Assembly: GCA_001856825.1 (NCBI GenBank)
Contig: ATMD01000004.1
Coordinates: 319,919 to 383,918 of the forward strand
Origin: Thermoplasmatales archaeon I-plasma
GTDB lineage: Archaea; Thermoplasmatota; Thermoplasmata; Thermoplasmatales; GCA-001856825
Direction: 5' to 3'
Length of the DNA: 64,000 nt
Of this stretch, positions 47,307-56,435 are shown piece by piece. The notes beneath the pieces are model-generated. The model worked only from the letters and a program-made list of their open reading frames with translations. It was not told the DNA's origin and ran no database searches. The position numbers and the translations under genes are program-made. Each line of letters starts with the position of its first letter. Within the stretch, counting starts at the first letter, position 1.

Positions 47307-47935
47307 ACTCCTCGCCTATCGCCCCAGATCAATTTGTGCAATTGTGGCAGTACTCTGACATTTAATCTTTCTTTTAATACTTTTTCCGTTAATTCTTTCA
47401 GGTTTTTCCCGCCTTCAGGTTGAAAAATTACTTCTCCGTCAAAAGGATATTTTTCAACAACCGATTTTGAAAATGCATAGTCCTTGTCATCTGCTATGAC
47501 AAATTTGAGATAATCCTTTGCTGCAAGCAGTTCAATGTTCTGGTATATGTTGTGCTCCACCATGTCTGATGATGGGGTCTTGATGTCCATGGAAATTATC
47601 ATGTTGTCGTCCGTCGGGACATCCTCAATCGGGATAGACCCACTGGTCTCAAGGATGACCTTGAATTCCTTGTCGAGCAGCTTGTACATCAATAGGTATA
47701 CCTCCTTCTGCAAAAGTGGCTCTCCTCCCGTTATACATACAAACTTTGTTTTGTATGTAATAGCCTCTTCTAATAGACTATCAACCGTTCTCTTCTCTCC
47801 ACCAGAATAGGAGTACTTGGTGTCACACCAGGAGCATCTTAAGTTGCACCCTGATAACCTGATGAAGAAGGTAGGAATACCGATGAACGGGCCTTCCCCT
47901 TCTATAGAGTAAAAAGTTTCGATAACAGTCAGCAT
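47303..47935 (-). CDS. queE: 7-carboxy-7-deazaguanine synthase (radical SAM)
   Basis: 210 aa. FYSIEGEGPFIGIPTFFIRLSGCNLRCSWCDT is the QueE-type CxxxCxxC cluster motif. Confidence 0.85.
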   Translation of the reverse strand: MLTVIETFYSIEGEGPFIGIPTFFIRLSGCNLRCSWCDTKYSYSGGEKRTVDSLLEEAITYKTKFVCITGGEPLLQKEVYLLMYKLLDKEFKVILETSGSIPIEDVPTDDNMIISMDIKTPSSDMVEHNIYQNIELLAAKDYLKFVIADDKDYAFSKSVVEKYPFDGEVIFQPEGGKNLKELTEKVLKERLNVRVLPQLHKLIWGDRRGV

Positions 47936-47969
47936 TTCTTGTTGGTAAATACAAGAAAGGAATAAAACT

Positions 47970-48617
47970 TTATGATTCGGACTTTGTCAGTGTGATCTCG
48001 CAGTCGTACTTGTCCTTGGTAACAGGATCTTTCTTAACTACCTTGTATGACGGTAGCATGGTCTCCAGCAGTGAATCTTCAAAGGTCCCACAAAAAGAGT
48101 TGTTTGTCTCAAGGGCGAGCGAATAATAGATGCAGTTGTTCCTCTTTATGACTAATTTCCCGTCCCTTTCGAAAGCAGTTGCCATGCATCCAAGTGAGTT
48201 GTAGAAATTCAGGAGTTCGTTTATCCCCCTTGACTTGTTTCCATCCTCTTTGACAATTCTTTCCCCTGCCCTTTTAAGGAAATCCTTTACCCATAGAGTC
48301 CCATTTTCAGTTGTAAGTTCATCTAGGAGTATTTTTAGAAGAAGGTCATACTTCTTTGGGAAAAGTTTCATGCCGTTTGCGGATATGCTATATGTCTTCT
48401 TGGGCCGGCCAACTTTTGTCTTTACGAATTTTGATTCCACATAACCCATGCTCTCAAGCATGTTAAGGTGTTCCCTTACAGCGTTATTTCTTATAGAGAG
48501 CTTGTTTGAAAGTTCGTAAACTACTCTGGGTCCCTCCAGTAATTCCTCCAGTATCCTCTGCTTGCTCGTCCCCAGAGTGCTTATTTCTTCCATATGATAC
48601 ACGGAATAAAAAGACAA
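47970..48617 (-). CDS. SufR-like winged-helix (ArsR/COG2345-type) transcriptional regulator with C-terminal Cys motif
   Basis: 215 aa, with a probable start at Met9 (48593). The N-terminal wHTH is RILEELLEGPRVVYELSNKLSIRNNAVREHLNMLESMGYV. The C-terminal domain has C-x17-C-x13-C-x29-C. Divergent from sufC. Confidence 0.65.
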   Translation of the reverse strand: MSFYSVYHMEEISTLGTSKQRILEELLEGPRVVYELSNKLSIRNNAVREHLNMLESMGYVESKFVKTKVGRPKKTYSISANGMKLFPKKYDLLLKILLDELTTENGTLWVKDFLKRAGERIVKEDGNKSRGINELLNFYNSLGCMATAFERDGKLVIKRNNCIYYSLALETNNSFCGTFEDSLLETMLPSYKVVKKDPVTKDKYDCEITLTKSES

Positions 48618-48634
48618 TATTTAACTTTTATCAC

Positions 48635-48658
48635 TTTAAACAGTAAAAAATGTTTAAA
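48635..48658. promoter_or_regulatory. perfect inverted repeat TTTAAACA-N8-TGTTTAAA in the sufR-like/sufC divergent promoter; right arm overlaps the sufC TATA box
   Basis: The arms at 48635-48642 and 48651-48658 are exact reverse complements. TTTAAATA (48653-48660) is centred about 28 nt upstream of the sufC ATG at 48684. Confidence 0.4.
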
Positions 48659-48683
48659 TAGCATCATACCATACAAATGTACA

Positions 48684-49451
48684 ATGGTTGCAAACGTTCT
48701 CTCTATAAAAGACCTACACGTTTCTGTGGGGGATAAGGAAATACTAAAGGGAGTGACTATAACTGTCAAGTCTGGGGAAATTCATGCCCTTATGGGACCT
48801 AACGGGACAGGTAAGAGCACCCTCGCCCATACGGTAGTTGGGAGCCTCAGATACAAGGTTAAGAGCGGCGAACTCTTGATAAACGACATCAATCTGAAGG
48901 ACCTGCAGGTATATGAAAGGGCGAGAGCTGGTCTGTTCGTTGCATTTCAGGAACCCGTGTCTGTTCAGGGACTGAGATTCATAAATTACCTAAGAACTGC
49001 ATATTCATCGCTCCACCCTGATGAGAAACTTGAGTACAAGAAATTCATTGAAGAGGTCAAGGAACTCCTCAACTATTTTGGCCTTGACAATTCATTCATA
49101 GATAGGGGGCTTAACGAGGGACTGTCCGGAGGAGAAAAGAAAAGGATGGAAGCGCTCCAGATGTTGATCCTGAAGCCGAAATTCATAATACTGGACGAGA
49201 TAGATTCCGGATTGGACATTGATGCCCTCAGGGTTGTTTCAAAAGCTATTGCAAAGGCGAAGGAAAACGGAGCAGGAATAATTATAATAACCCACTACCA
49301 GAGAATCCTGGATTATATTAAACCGGATTTTGTGCACGTACTGATAAATGGAAGAATTGCCGAAAGCGGAAACGGGGAGCTGGCAAAGTTGATTGAGGAG
49401 AGGGGTTATGAGTATTATAGGGGAGGTGAAGTAGATGCAAAAGTGGAATGA
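48684..49451 (+). CDS. sufC: Fe-S cluster assembly ATPase SufC
   Basis: Start moved to Met31 of the track ORF (MVANVLSIKDLHV). Walker A GPNGTGKST, signature LSGGEKKR, Walker B ILDEIDSGLD. Confidence 0.92.
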   Translation: MVANVLSIKDLHVSVGDKEILKGVTITVKSGEIHALMGPNGTGKSTLAHTVVGSLRYKVKSGELLINDINLKDLQVYERARAGLFVAFQEPVSVQGLRFINYLRTAYSSLHPDEKLEYKKFIEEVKELLNYFGLDNSFIDRGLNEGLSGGEKKRMEALQMLILKPKFIILDEIDSGLDIDALRVVSKAIAKAKENGAGIIIITHYQRILDYIKPDFVHVLINGRIAESGNGELAKLIEERGYEYYRGGEVDAKVE

Positions 49452-50859
49452 GATAGAGGTTGAAGAAGCAAAGAAATTGAACGAGATTAAATATGATTTC
49501 GTTACAAACGTGAAGCCCGCTTACCAGGTGCAGAAGGGACTAAGCAGAAGCGTCGTAGAGGAGATGTCCAAGGAAAAGAAAGAGCCTGACTGGATGAGAA
49601 ATATCAGGCTTAAAGCATTGGAAATATTCCTTTCAAAACCTGTCCCAACTTGGGGTCCTGACCTATCGGAACTGAATTTTGATGACCTTACGTATTACAT
49701 AAAACCAGAGGATAGGAAGGCTAACAACTGGGATGAGGTCCCAAAGGAGATCAAGGATACCTTTGACAAGCTGGGTGTACCGGAGATGGAGAAGAAATAT
49801 CTGGCAGGGTCTGTAGCGCAGCTTCAATCTGAGGGTGTCTATTCGAGATTGAGGAAGCAATGGGAGGACAAGGGAGTTGTTTTCATGGATATGGACAGTG
49901 CACTGCAGAGATATCCGGACATAGTGAAAGAGCACTTTGGAAGAGTAGTTCCGCCATCTGACAACAAGTTTGCTGCACTTAACACTGCAGTCTGGTCTGG
50001 CGGGTCGTTCCTATACATTCCAAGCGGAGTGCAGCTTGATCTTCCTGTACAGGCATACTTCAGGATGAATGGAGCGCTTGAGGGGCAGTTTGAAAGAACT
50101 CTTATAATCGCTGAGCCCGGGGCTTCAGTACACTACATTGAAGGATGCACAGCACCGACTTACAGTCAATACTCTCTTCATGCGGCAATCGTTGAAGTTT
50201 ACGTCAAGAAGGCTGCGAAGGTCAGATACACGTCCGTCCAGAACTGGTCAGACAATATAATAAATGGGCCGACAAAGAGATCTTGGATAGAAGAGAGGGG
50301 TAGAATGGAATGGGTACAGGGATCTCTAGGGTCAAAGATAACGATGACATATCCGTCATCGATCCTGAGGGGGGAATACGCAAGCACATCTAATCTAAAT
50401 GTTGCACTCGCTGTCGGACCTGTATGGAAGGACAATGGTGCAAAAGTTATTCATGCTGCACCCAACACGAGCTCTAAGGTTGTAGCAAAGAGCATCTCTG
50501 GGAAGGGAGGAATGTCTGTTTACAGGGGTCAACTTAGGATAAACCCGGGGGCATACAACTCCAAGGCATCTGTTCAATGCGATGCGCTGATTCTTGACGA
50601 CATCTCAAAGAGCAACACATATCCACACAACGAGATTCTAGAGGAGAGTGCGTCATTCTCGCACGAAGCGTCTGTAGGTAAGATATCTGAGGATCAGGTG
50701 GACTACCTAATGAGCAGGGGCATAAGGGAAGAAGACGCCAGGTCCCTGATAGTCCTGGGATTTCTGGATGACGTGCTGAAGGAGATTCCACTGGAATATT
50801 CAATCGAATTCAACAAGCTTGTCAAGCTTGAAATGAGCAAGTACGGTGCTGTAGGGTGA
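49435..50859 (+). CDS. sufB: Fe-S cluster assembly scaffold SufB
   Basis: 474 aa. Follows sufC with a 17-nt overlap. The beta-helix core region has GASVHYIEGCTAP and the C-terminal FLDDVLKEIPLEYSIEFNKL, typical of SufB. Confidence 0.9.
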   Translation: MQKWNEIEVEEAKKLNEIKYDFVTNVKPAYQVQKGLSRSVVEEMSKEKKEPDWMRNIRLKALEIFLSKPVPTWGPDLSELNFDDLTYYIKPEDRKANNWDEVPKEIKDTFDKLGVPEMEKKYLAGSVAQLQSEGVYSRLRKQWEDKGVVFMDMDSALQRYPDIVKEHFGRVVPPSDNKFAALNTAVWSGGSFLYIPSGVQLDLPVQAYFRMNGALEGQFERTLIIAEPGASVHYIEGCTAPTYSQYSLHAAIVEVYVKKAAKVRYTSVQNWSDNIINGPTKRSWIEERGRMEWVQGSLGSKITMTYPSSILRGEYASTSNLNVALAVGPVWKDNGAKVIHAAPNTSSKVVAKSISGKGGMSVYRGQLRINPGAYNSKASVQCDALILDDISKSNTYPHNEILEESASFSHEASVGKISEDQVDYLMSRGIREEDARSLIVLGFLDDVLKEIPLEYSIEFNKLVKLEMSKYGAVG

Positions 50860-52013
50860 CCCTTAAGGAACTGATTACTGAAAAGAAGAAGGTGGCAGAT
50901 TCAATCCCCCTTCTTGCAGAACACGATTCTCCTTCAGTCAGGAGTTATACTTCCCTGAAGGATAATGATCTCCTTCCGCTGCTGAGGTCTGTGAGAACAG
51001 GCTGTGCTGGAATGCAGCGTAACATTACTACTCACAATGGATCGCCGTGCAGGCTCTTTGGAGGGGAGTCGATAAAATTCCTTTCGACTGAGGATGCCAT
51101 AAAAGCTGGCCTAATGAAACCAGAAGACATGTTCAATGAAAATTACGATAAGCTTAGTGCGATAAACCAAGCATACTTCCAGGATGGTTTTTACCTGGGG
51201 ATTCCAAGCAAGTACCAAGGGGAAAGGATGATAAACATCCTTCACACCGGTGACAGGGATTTCAATGTCAGGAATCTTTACTCTATAGGTAGCAATTCTT
51301 CTGCAAGGATACTTGAGAATTTTGTTGTGACTGGGAATACGTCGGTATCGCAGGGAACGGTCATAAGAATCGGAGAGAATTCATCGCTTGACTACTTCCT
51401 TCTTGAGGATGAAGAAAATACAGAGCTCAGTTACCTTGAGAGAACAATCATAATGGAGAGGTATTCAACCCTCAAGATTCACCATCTTTCTCTTCCCGGG
51501 AAGAAGAGCATATCGAGGTTCAGAATAATCCAGGAGGGGGAACATGTGGAATCCGGATATTACGGTGCAGCCATGGGAAAGAAACAGGAGCACCTTGATC
51601 TTGAAGTGTTCACAGACCATAGGGGAGTCCATGGCAAGAACGATACCGCCTTCAAGGGAATACTCGGAGGAAAATCGTCATTGATATTCAGGGGCTTCAT
51701 TCGTATTGCAGAAAAGGCCCTTAACACAGAATCGTTCTTGATGGCAAACTTACTCCTCCTGACAAAGGAAGCGGTTGGGAACGCCCTCCCTGTCCTGGAG
51801 ATTTTCAACGGTGAAGTGAAGGCAAAACATGGCGAATCCGTTTCCAACATATCTGAGGAGCAGTTGATGTATCTCATGAGCAGAGGACTTGACCCACGAG
51901 AGGCGAAAAAGGCCGTTATAGAAGGCTTTATTAGTCCCATTATCTATCCGCTTCCAGAGGATATTTCAAGGAAGTATCTTCAGATTGTGGAAGAAGTGAT
52001 AGGTGATGATTAG
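50856..52013 (+). CDS. sufD: Fe-S cluster assembly protein SufD
   Basis: 385 aa, GTG start with a 4-nt overlap to sufB. SufB/D-family C-terminal half (FRGFIRIAEKALNTESF, SRGLDPREAKKAVIEGF). Confidence 0.85.
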   Translation: MTLKELITEKKKVADSIPLLAEHDSPSVRSYTSLKDNDLLPLLRSVRTGCAGMQRNITTHNGSPCRLFGGESIKFLSTEDAIKAGLMKPEDMFNENYDKLSAINQAYFQDGFYLGIPSKYQGERMINILHTGDRDFNVRNLYSIGSNSSARILENFVVTGNTSVSQGTVIRIGENSSLDYFLLEDEENTELSYLERTIIMERYSTLKIHHLSLPGKKSISRFRIIQEGEHVESGYYGAAMGKKQEHLDLEVFTDHRGVHGKNDTAFKGILGGKSSLIFRGFIRIAEKALNTESFLMANLLLLTKEAVGNALPVLEIFNGEVKAKHGESVSNISEEQLMYLMSRGLDPREAKKAVIEGFISPIIYPLPEDISRKYLQIVEEVIGDD

Positions 52014-53268
52014 CGTCTATGGAAGGAAGGAAGATTTCCCCATTTTCAGCAGGAAGATAAATGGAAAAAACATCATTTATCTAGATTCTACAGCCACAAC
52101 GCAGAAACCCAGGCAGGTGCTTGATGCAATCACAGGCTACTATGAGGGGTATAACGCTAATGTCCACAGATCAGTTTACAAACTCGCAGACGAGGCTACT
52201 GAGGTATACGAGCAATCAAGGTCGAATGTCGCACAATTCATAGGGGCTAAAAATAACGAAATAATCTTCACTAGAAATACAACTGAAAGCCTCAACCTAC
52301 TTTCATTCACCATTGGTGATTCCCTCAGGAGAGGAGACCGTATTCTGATAACATCAATGGAACATCACAGCAACATTCTTCCCTGGACAAGATTGGAAGA
52401 TAGAGGGATAATTGTTGATTACGCTGGATTCGATGAGGAGGGACATCTTGATATTGGGGACCTTGAGTCAAAATTGAAGCGTGAGACCAAGATTGTTTCT
52501 GTCACTCATCAATCAAACGTTCTAGGAACTATAAACCCCATAGAAGAGATAGGAAAGATCGTGAAAGAGAACGACTCCATTTTCATAATAGATGCCGCTC
52601 AATCAATTCCTCACATGCCTTTCCGGGTAAGGGATGAATATGATTTCGTTGCATTCTCAGGGCATAAGATGTTGGGCCCAATGGGAATTGGTGTTCTCTA
52701 TGGAAAATACGAACTGCTCGATAAAATGCCACCTTTCAACAGAGGTGGAGAGATGATCAAGGACGTAGATTTCCATAGCGTGATATTTGAGGATCCACCA
52801 ATAAAGTTCGAGGCGGGTACTCCAAACGTCGAAGGAGCGGTTGGGCTGTCAGCCGCAATAGACTACCTCAAAGTAATTGGGATGGAAGAAGTGAGGCGGC
52901 ATGAGAAACATCTTACTTCAATAACATTGAAGGGCATGGAAGACATGAAAAACGTCACTTACTATGGACCGAGAAATGTGGAAGACAGGGGGGGTGTTAT
53001 AGCATTCAACGTGAAGGACGTGACAAACGTGAGAATGAATCTGGAAAAGAACAACGTTAAGCTGGATCACCTCTACCACTCACATGACATAGCCACGTTC
53101 CTGGACGAGAGGAATGTTTACGTGCGTTCCGGGCATCACTGTGCAGAACCTCTTATGAGGAGCCTCGGCTTATCAGGAACAGCAAGGGCATCATATTACG
53201 TCTACAACGGAGAGGATGATGCGGAAATATTCATAAAGTCGCTGGGTGAGCTGGACGTACAACGATGA
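52003..53268 (+). CDS. sufS: cysteine desulfurase SufS (class II)
   Basis: 421 aa. PLP-Lys SGHKMLGPMGIG and catalytic Cys RSGHHCAEP. Confidence 0.92.
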   Translation: MMISVYGRKEDFPIFSRKINGKNIIYLDSTATTQKPRQVLDAITGYYEGYNANVHRSVYKLADEATEVYEQSRSNVAQFIGAKNNEIIFTRNTTESLNLLSFTIGDSLRRGDRILITSMEHHSNILPWTRLEDRGIIVDYAGFDEEGHLDIGDLESKLKRETKIVSVTHQSNVLGTINPIEEIGKIVKENDSIFIIDAAQSIPHMPFRVRDEYDFVAFSGHKMLGPMGIGVLYGKYELLDKMPPFNRGGEMIKDVDFHSVIFEDPPIKFEAGTPNVEGAVGLSAAIDYLKVIGMEEVRRHEKHLTSITLKGMEDMKNVTYYGPRNVEDRGGVIAFNVKDVTNVRMNLEKNNVKLDHLYHSHDIATFLDERNVYVRSGHHCAEPLMRSLGLSGTARASYYVYNGEDDAEIFIKSLGELDVQR

Positions 53269-53272
53269 AGTG

Positions 53273-53611
53273 ATGGACAGGTACCAGAACCCCGTCAAGA
53301 ATGGTAGGATGGATAATTGTGATATCAAGATTGATGAAGCTTCTACCACCTGTGGGGACAAAGTCGTCCTCTACATAAAAACGAACGGGAACAAGATAGA
53401 AGACATGAGATGGGAGGGAGATGGATGCATCCTTTCCGTTGTTTCTACCGACTTGTTCTGCGAGAACTCTATAGGAAAGGAGATTAGATCGATCAAGGAA
53501 ACTGACGATCTAGCATTCGTGGAGAATTTCCCCGTCAAGATTTCACCTGGCAGGATAAATTGTGTCCTGCTTCCATTGAGGGCTTTTAGGAGAGGGGCAA
53601 AAGAAAAGTAG
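53273..53611 (+). CDS. sufU: SufU/IscU-like Fe-S scaffold / sulfur acceptor
   Basis: Start taken at ATG 53273 (the track GTG at 53246 overlaps sufS). YQNP N-terminus. Three conserved Cys contexts: TCGDKV, GDGCILS and INCVLLP. Confidence 0.8.
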   Translation: MDRYQNPVKNGRMDNCDIKIDEASTTCGDKVVLYIKTNGNKIEDMRWEGDGCILSVVSTDLFCENSIGKEIRSIKETDDLAFVENFPVKISPGRINCVLLPLRAFRRGAKEK

Positions 53612-53637
53612 TTTATGTTTGAAGAGATAAGAAGTGA

Positions 53638-54558
53638 ATGTCTAGGGTAAACGAACTTGTCTCTTCTGCCAAGGGTGGCAACAGGAGGGATATTGGGAAG
53701 CTTATTACAATCATTGAGAACAGGAGCGATGGATATTCAGATCTACTCAAGATTATACGGAAAAAGAAAAAGGATGCATACGTGGTCGGGGTCACCGGCC
53801 CTCCAGGTGTCGGAAAGAGCTCACTAATTTCGAGACTTGCGGCCGAGTTTTCTAAGAGAGAAAAGCTCGCAATAGTGATGATAGATGCAACTTCACCTTA
53901 TAGCGGGGGATCGCTTCTAGGCAACAGGCTAAGACTTGAAAGCGCTGACAACATATACGTCAGAAGCATGGCAACTAGGGGATCCACCGGTGGCCTCAAT
54001 CTGGCCCTCGGAGATTCGATAGACCTCCTTTCCTTCCTCGGCTTCTCAATGATCCTCGTCGAATCTGTGGGGACTGGACAGGATGAGACTGACATACTTC
54101 ATTATTCGGACAGGATAGTAATGGTTCTTTCTCCTGGAATGGGTGACCAGGTGCAGGCCATCAAGGCTGGGCAGATGGAAATTGGGGATTTCGTTGTCCT
54201 GAATAAGGCAGACAAGCCTGAGGCAATAATTGCAGAGAAGGAACTGATGGAGACACTGAGTATCCCGGACCTCTCGAAAAAGCACAGGCTGGTAAAGGTG
54301 TCAGCATTGACAGGAGAGGGCATAGATCAACTTGCTCACTTGATAATCTCCTCAAGGAATCAAATCAGCAAGGAAGATTCAACATTGAGCAGGGAAAAGG
54401 AAAGAATAAGGAGGGAAATCCTGGCTGTGCTGAAATCCAACGATGACGTCGTGGAAGTGTACGCGAAGAAAGTCATTGCGGAAAAGATGACAAGAGAGGA
54501 AGCTGCCAGAGAGATACTGAAGGAAATACAAAATTGTGAATTTTGTAACAATTCGTGA
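53638..54558 (+). CDS. MeaB/ArgK-family G3E GTPase (methylmalonyl-CoA mutase chaperone-like)
   Basis: 306 aa. P-loop GPPGVGKSS, VESVGTGQ switch and LNKADK G4 motif. Confidence 0.85.
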   Translation: MSRVNELVSSAKGGNRRDIGKLITIIENRSDGYSDLLKIIRKKKKDAYVVGVTGPPGVGKSSLISRLAAEFSKREKLAIVMIDATSPYSGGSLLGNRLRLESADNIYVRSMATRGSTGGLNLALGDSIDLLSFLGFSMILVESVGTGQDETDILHYSDRIVMVLSPGMGDQVQAIKAGQMEIGDFVVLNKADKPEAIIAEKELMETLSIPDLSKKHRLVKVSALTGEGIDQLAHLIISSRNQISKEDSTLSREKERIRREILAVLKSNDDVVEVYAKKVIAEKMTREEAAREILKEIQNCEFCNNS

Positions 54559-54732
54559 AATTTGATGGGCGAAAAAAAAGCCAACTATTTAGAAGAGATG
54601 CTAAAAAATTCCATTTGGAATGTAACTAGAACATTGCAATCAGTGATGCCATCCCTCAGAATTTAGGCTCCGAAAATTCAGAAACTATTTGTAAGCGTAC
54701 AGCGATATACTTTGGCACAGGGTGAATTAGTT

Positions 54733-55839
54733 ATGAAGATAACAGTTAGTTTGATAAAGGCAGATGTCGGCGGACTGGCGGGACACTCAAGGGTACACCC
54801 TCAGTTGAAAGATGAAGCCAGGCTTGTCCTGGAACAAGCAAAGAATGATTCGAAAATAATTGACTATCACGTCACATCGGTTGGCGATGATTTGGAACTG
54901 ATTATGACCCATAAAAATGGGGTCGATTCAAAGTATATCCATGGACTTGCATGGGATGCATTCATTAAGGCAACAGAGACTGCTAAGAAACTCAAGCTGT
55001 ACGGGGCAGGCCAGGATCTTTTGAAGGATTCATTTTCAGGTAACCTCAAGGGAATGGGTCCTGGTGTTGCGGAGCTTGAATTTGAAGAGAGGAAGAGCGA
55101 GCCAATCGTCGCGTTCATGATGGACAAGACGGAACCCGGTGCGTTTAATCTTCCTATTTATAAGATATTTGCAGACCCATTCAACACTCCAGGTTTGGTG
55201 ATAGACCCCCATATGCACGACGGATTCACGTTTGAAATATGGGACACCATCGAACACAAGAAGGTATTCCTAAAAACGCCTGAGGAAACTTACGACATAC
55301 TCGCACTCATTGGCTCGAAGGAAAGATACGTCATCAAGAGGGTCTTCCCTGCGAAGAGCACTGGGATGTCAAATGAGGCTATTGCAGTCGTAAGCACAGA
55401 CATCCTTCATGAAATAGCTGGGAAATATGTAGGTAAAGACGATCCGGTGGCAATGGTCAGGGGGCAGGCAGGTCTTCCTGCAATGGGGGAGATATTAGAA
55501 CCGTTCACCTTCCCACACCTGGTATCAGGATGGATGAGGGGAAGCCACAACGGTCCGATTATGCCTGTTTCTGTAGCAGATGCGACACCATCAAGATTCG
55601 ATGGTCCGCCGAGGGTCATTGGACTAGGTTTCCAGCTGGCGGAGGGCAAGCTGGTTGGTCCTGCTGATTTGCTTGCTGATAAGGCATTCGACGGAGCGAG
55701 GCAGATGGCAATACAGATCGCAGATTATATGAGACGAAACGGACCTTTTGAGCCTCACAGGCTACCTGAACCTGAAATGGAATACACCATGCTTCCATCT
55801 ATCCAGAAGAAACTGAAATCTAAGATGGTTGACCTGTAA
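54733..55839 (+). CDS. fbp: bifunctional fructose-1,6-bisphosphate aldolase/phosphatase (archaeal class V FBPase)
   Basis: Start at ATG 54733, with GGTGA 8 nt upstream. MKITVSLIKADVGGLAGH is the family N-terminal signature. About 368 aa. Confidence 0.92.
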   Translation: MKITVSLIKADVGGLAGHSRVHPQLKDEARLVLEQAKNDSKIIDYHVTSVGDDLELIMTHKNGVDSKYIHGLAWDAFIKATETAKKLKLYGAGQDLLKDSFSGNLKGMGPGVAELEFEERKSEPIVAFMMDKTEPGAFNLPIYKIFADPFNTPGLVIDPHMHDGFTFEIWDTIEHKKVFLKTPEETYDILALIGSKERYVIKRVFPAKSTGMSNEAIAVVSTDILHEIAGKYVGKDDPVAMVRGQAGLPAMGEILEPFTFPHLVSGWMRGSHNGPIMPVSVADATPSRFDGPPRVIGLGFQLAEGKLVGPADLLADKAFDGARQMAIQIADYMRRNGPFEPHRLPEPEMEYTMLPSIQKKLKSKMVDL

Positions 55840-56435
55840 TGCCTAACGGTAGCCTCAGGGGAATGCTGCTTAAAGACAGGATCATTGATATCCTGCGAGG
55901 GGACGGTAAATCAATTTCAGAAATATACAAAGAGATAAACATGGAGGATGAGACAAAGATTCACCGCTTGGCGCTGACAGGCTACCTGTGGGCTATGGCC
56001 GATTTTAACGTCTTAAAGGAGAAGTACGTTAAGCCATCGAAGCTGTATTTCCTCCTTAAGAAGGATGAGACCTCGATATACGAACTGATTGGGGAGCAGA
56101 CTGCAAACGAACCACAGGAAAAGAGAGGGGAGGAGATTCTCTACATTCTCTATACGATCTTTGATAGACCGATTTTTGACATTGAACTTGAAAAGGCAGG
56201 TGTGACTGGGAATATCAAGGGGAAGAGGCTAGACAAGAGGGAGAGGAAGAAACTCCTGAGCAAGATCGATACGAAGGGACTGAAAATATCATCAGATTCT
56301 GATGCATACCTGCCGATGCCTAACGCATCTTATCCTGCACTGGCTATGCGCGTACTGAGCAACATCATATCTGAAAAGTATGAAGTGAAGAGGGAAAAGA
56401 AGGGTATCCAGAAGGAACTGGACAGTGTACTCTAG
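55839..56435 (+). CDS. uncharacterised protein with N-terminal winged-helix-like domain
   Basis: 198 aa. The ATG overlaps the fbp TAA (TAATG). The N-terminus KDRIIDILRGDGKSISEIYKEINMEDETKIHRLALTGYLWAM resembles a wHTH. The C-terminal half is Lys/Glu-rich. Confidence 0.55.
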   Translation: MPNGSLRGMLLKDRIIDILRGDGKSISEIYKEINMEDETKIHRLALTGYLWAMADFNVLKEKYVKPSKLYFLLKKDETSIYELIGEQTANEPQEKRGEEILYILYTIFDRPIFDIELEKAGVTGNIKGKRLDKRERKKLLSKIDTKGLKISSDSDAYLPMPNASYPALAMRVLSNIISEKYEVKREKKGIQKELDSVL

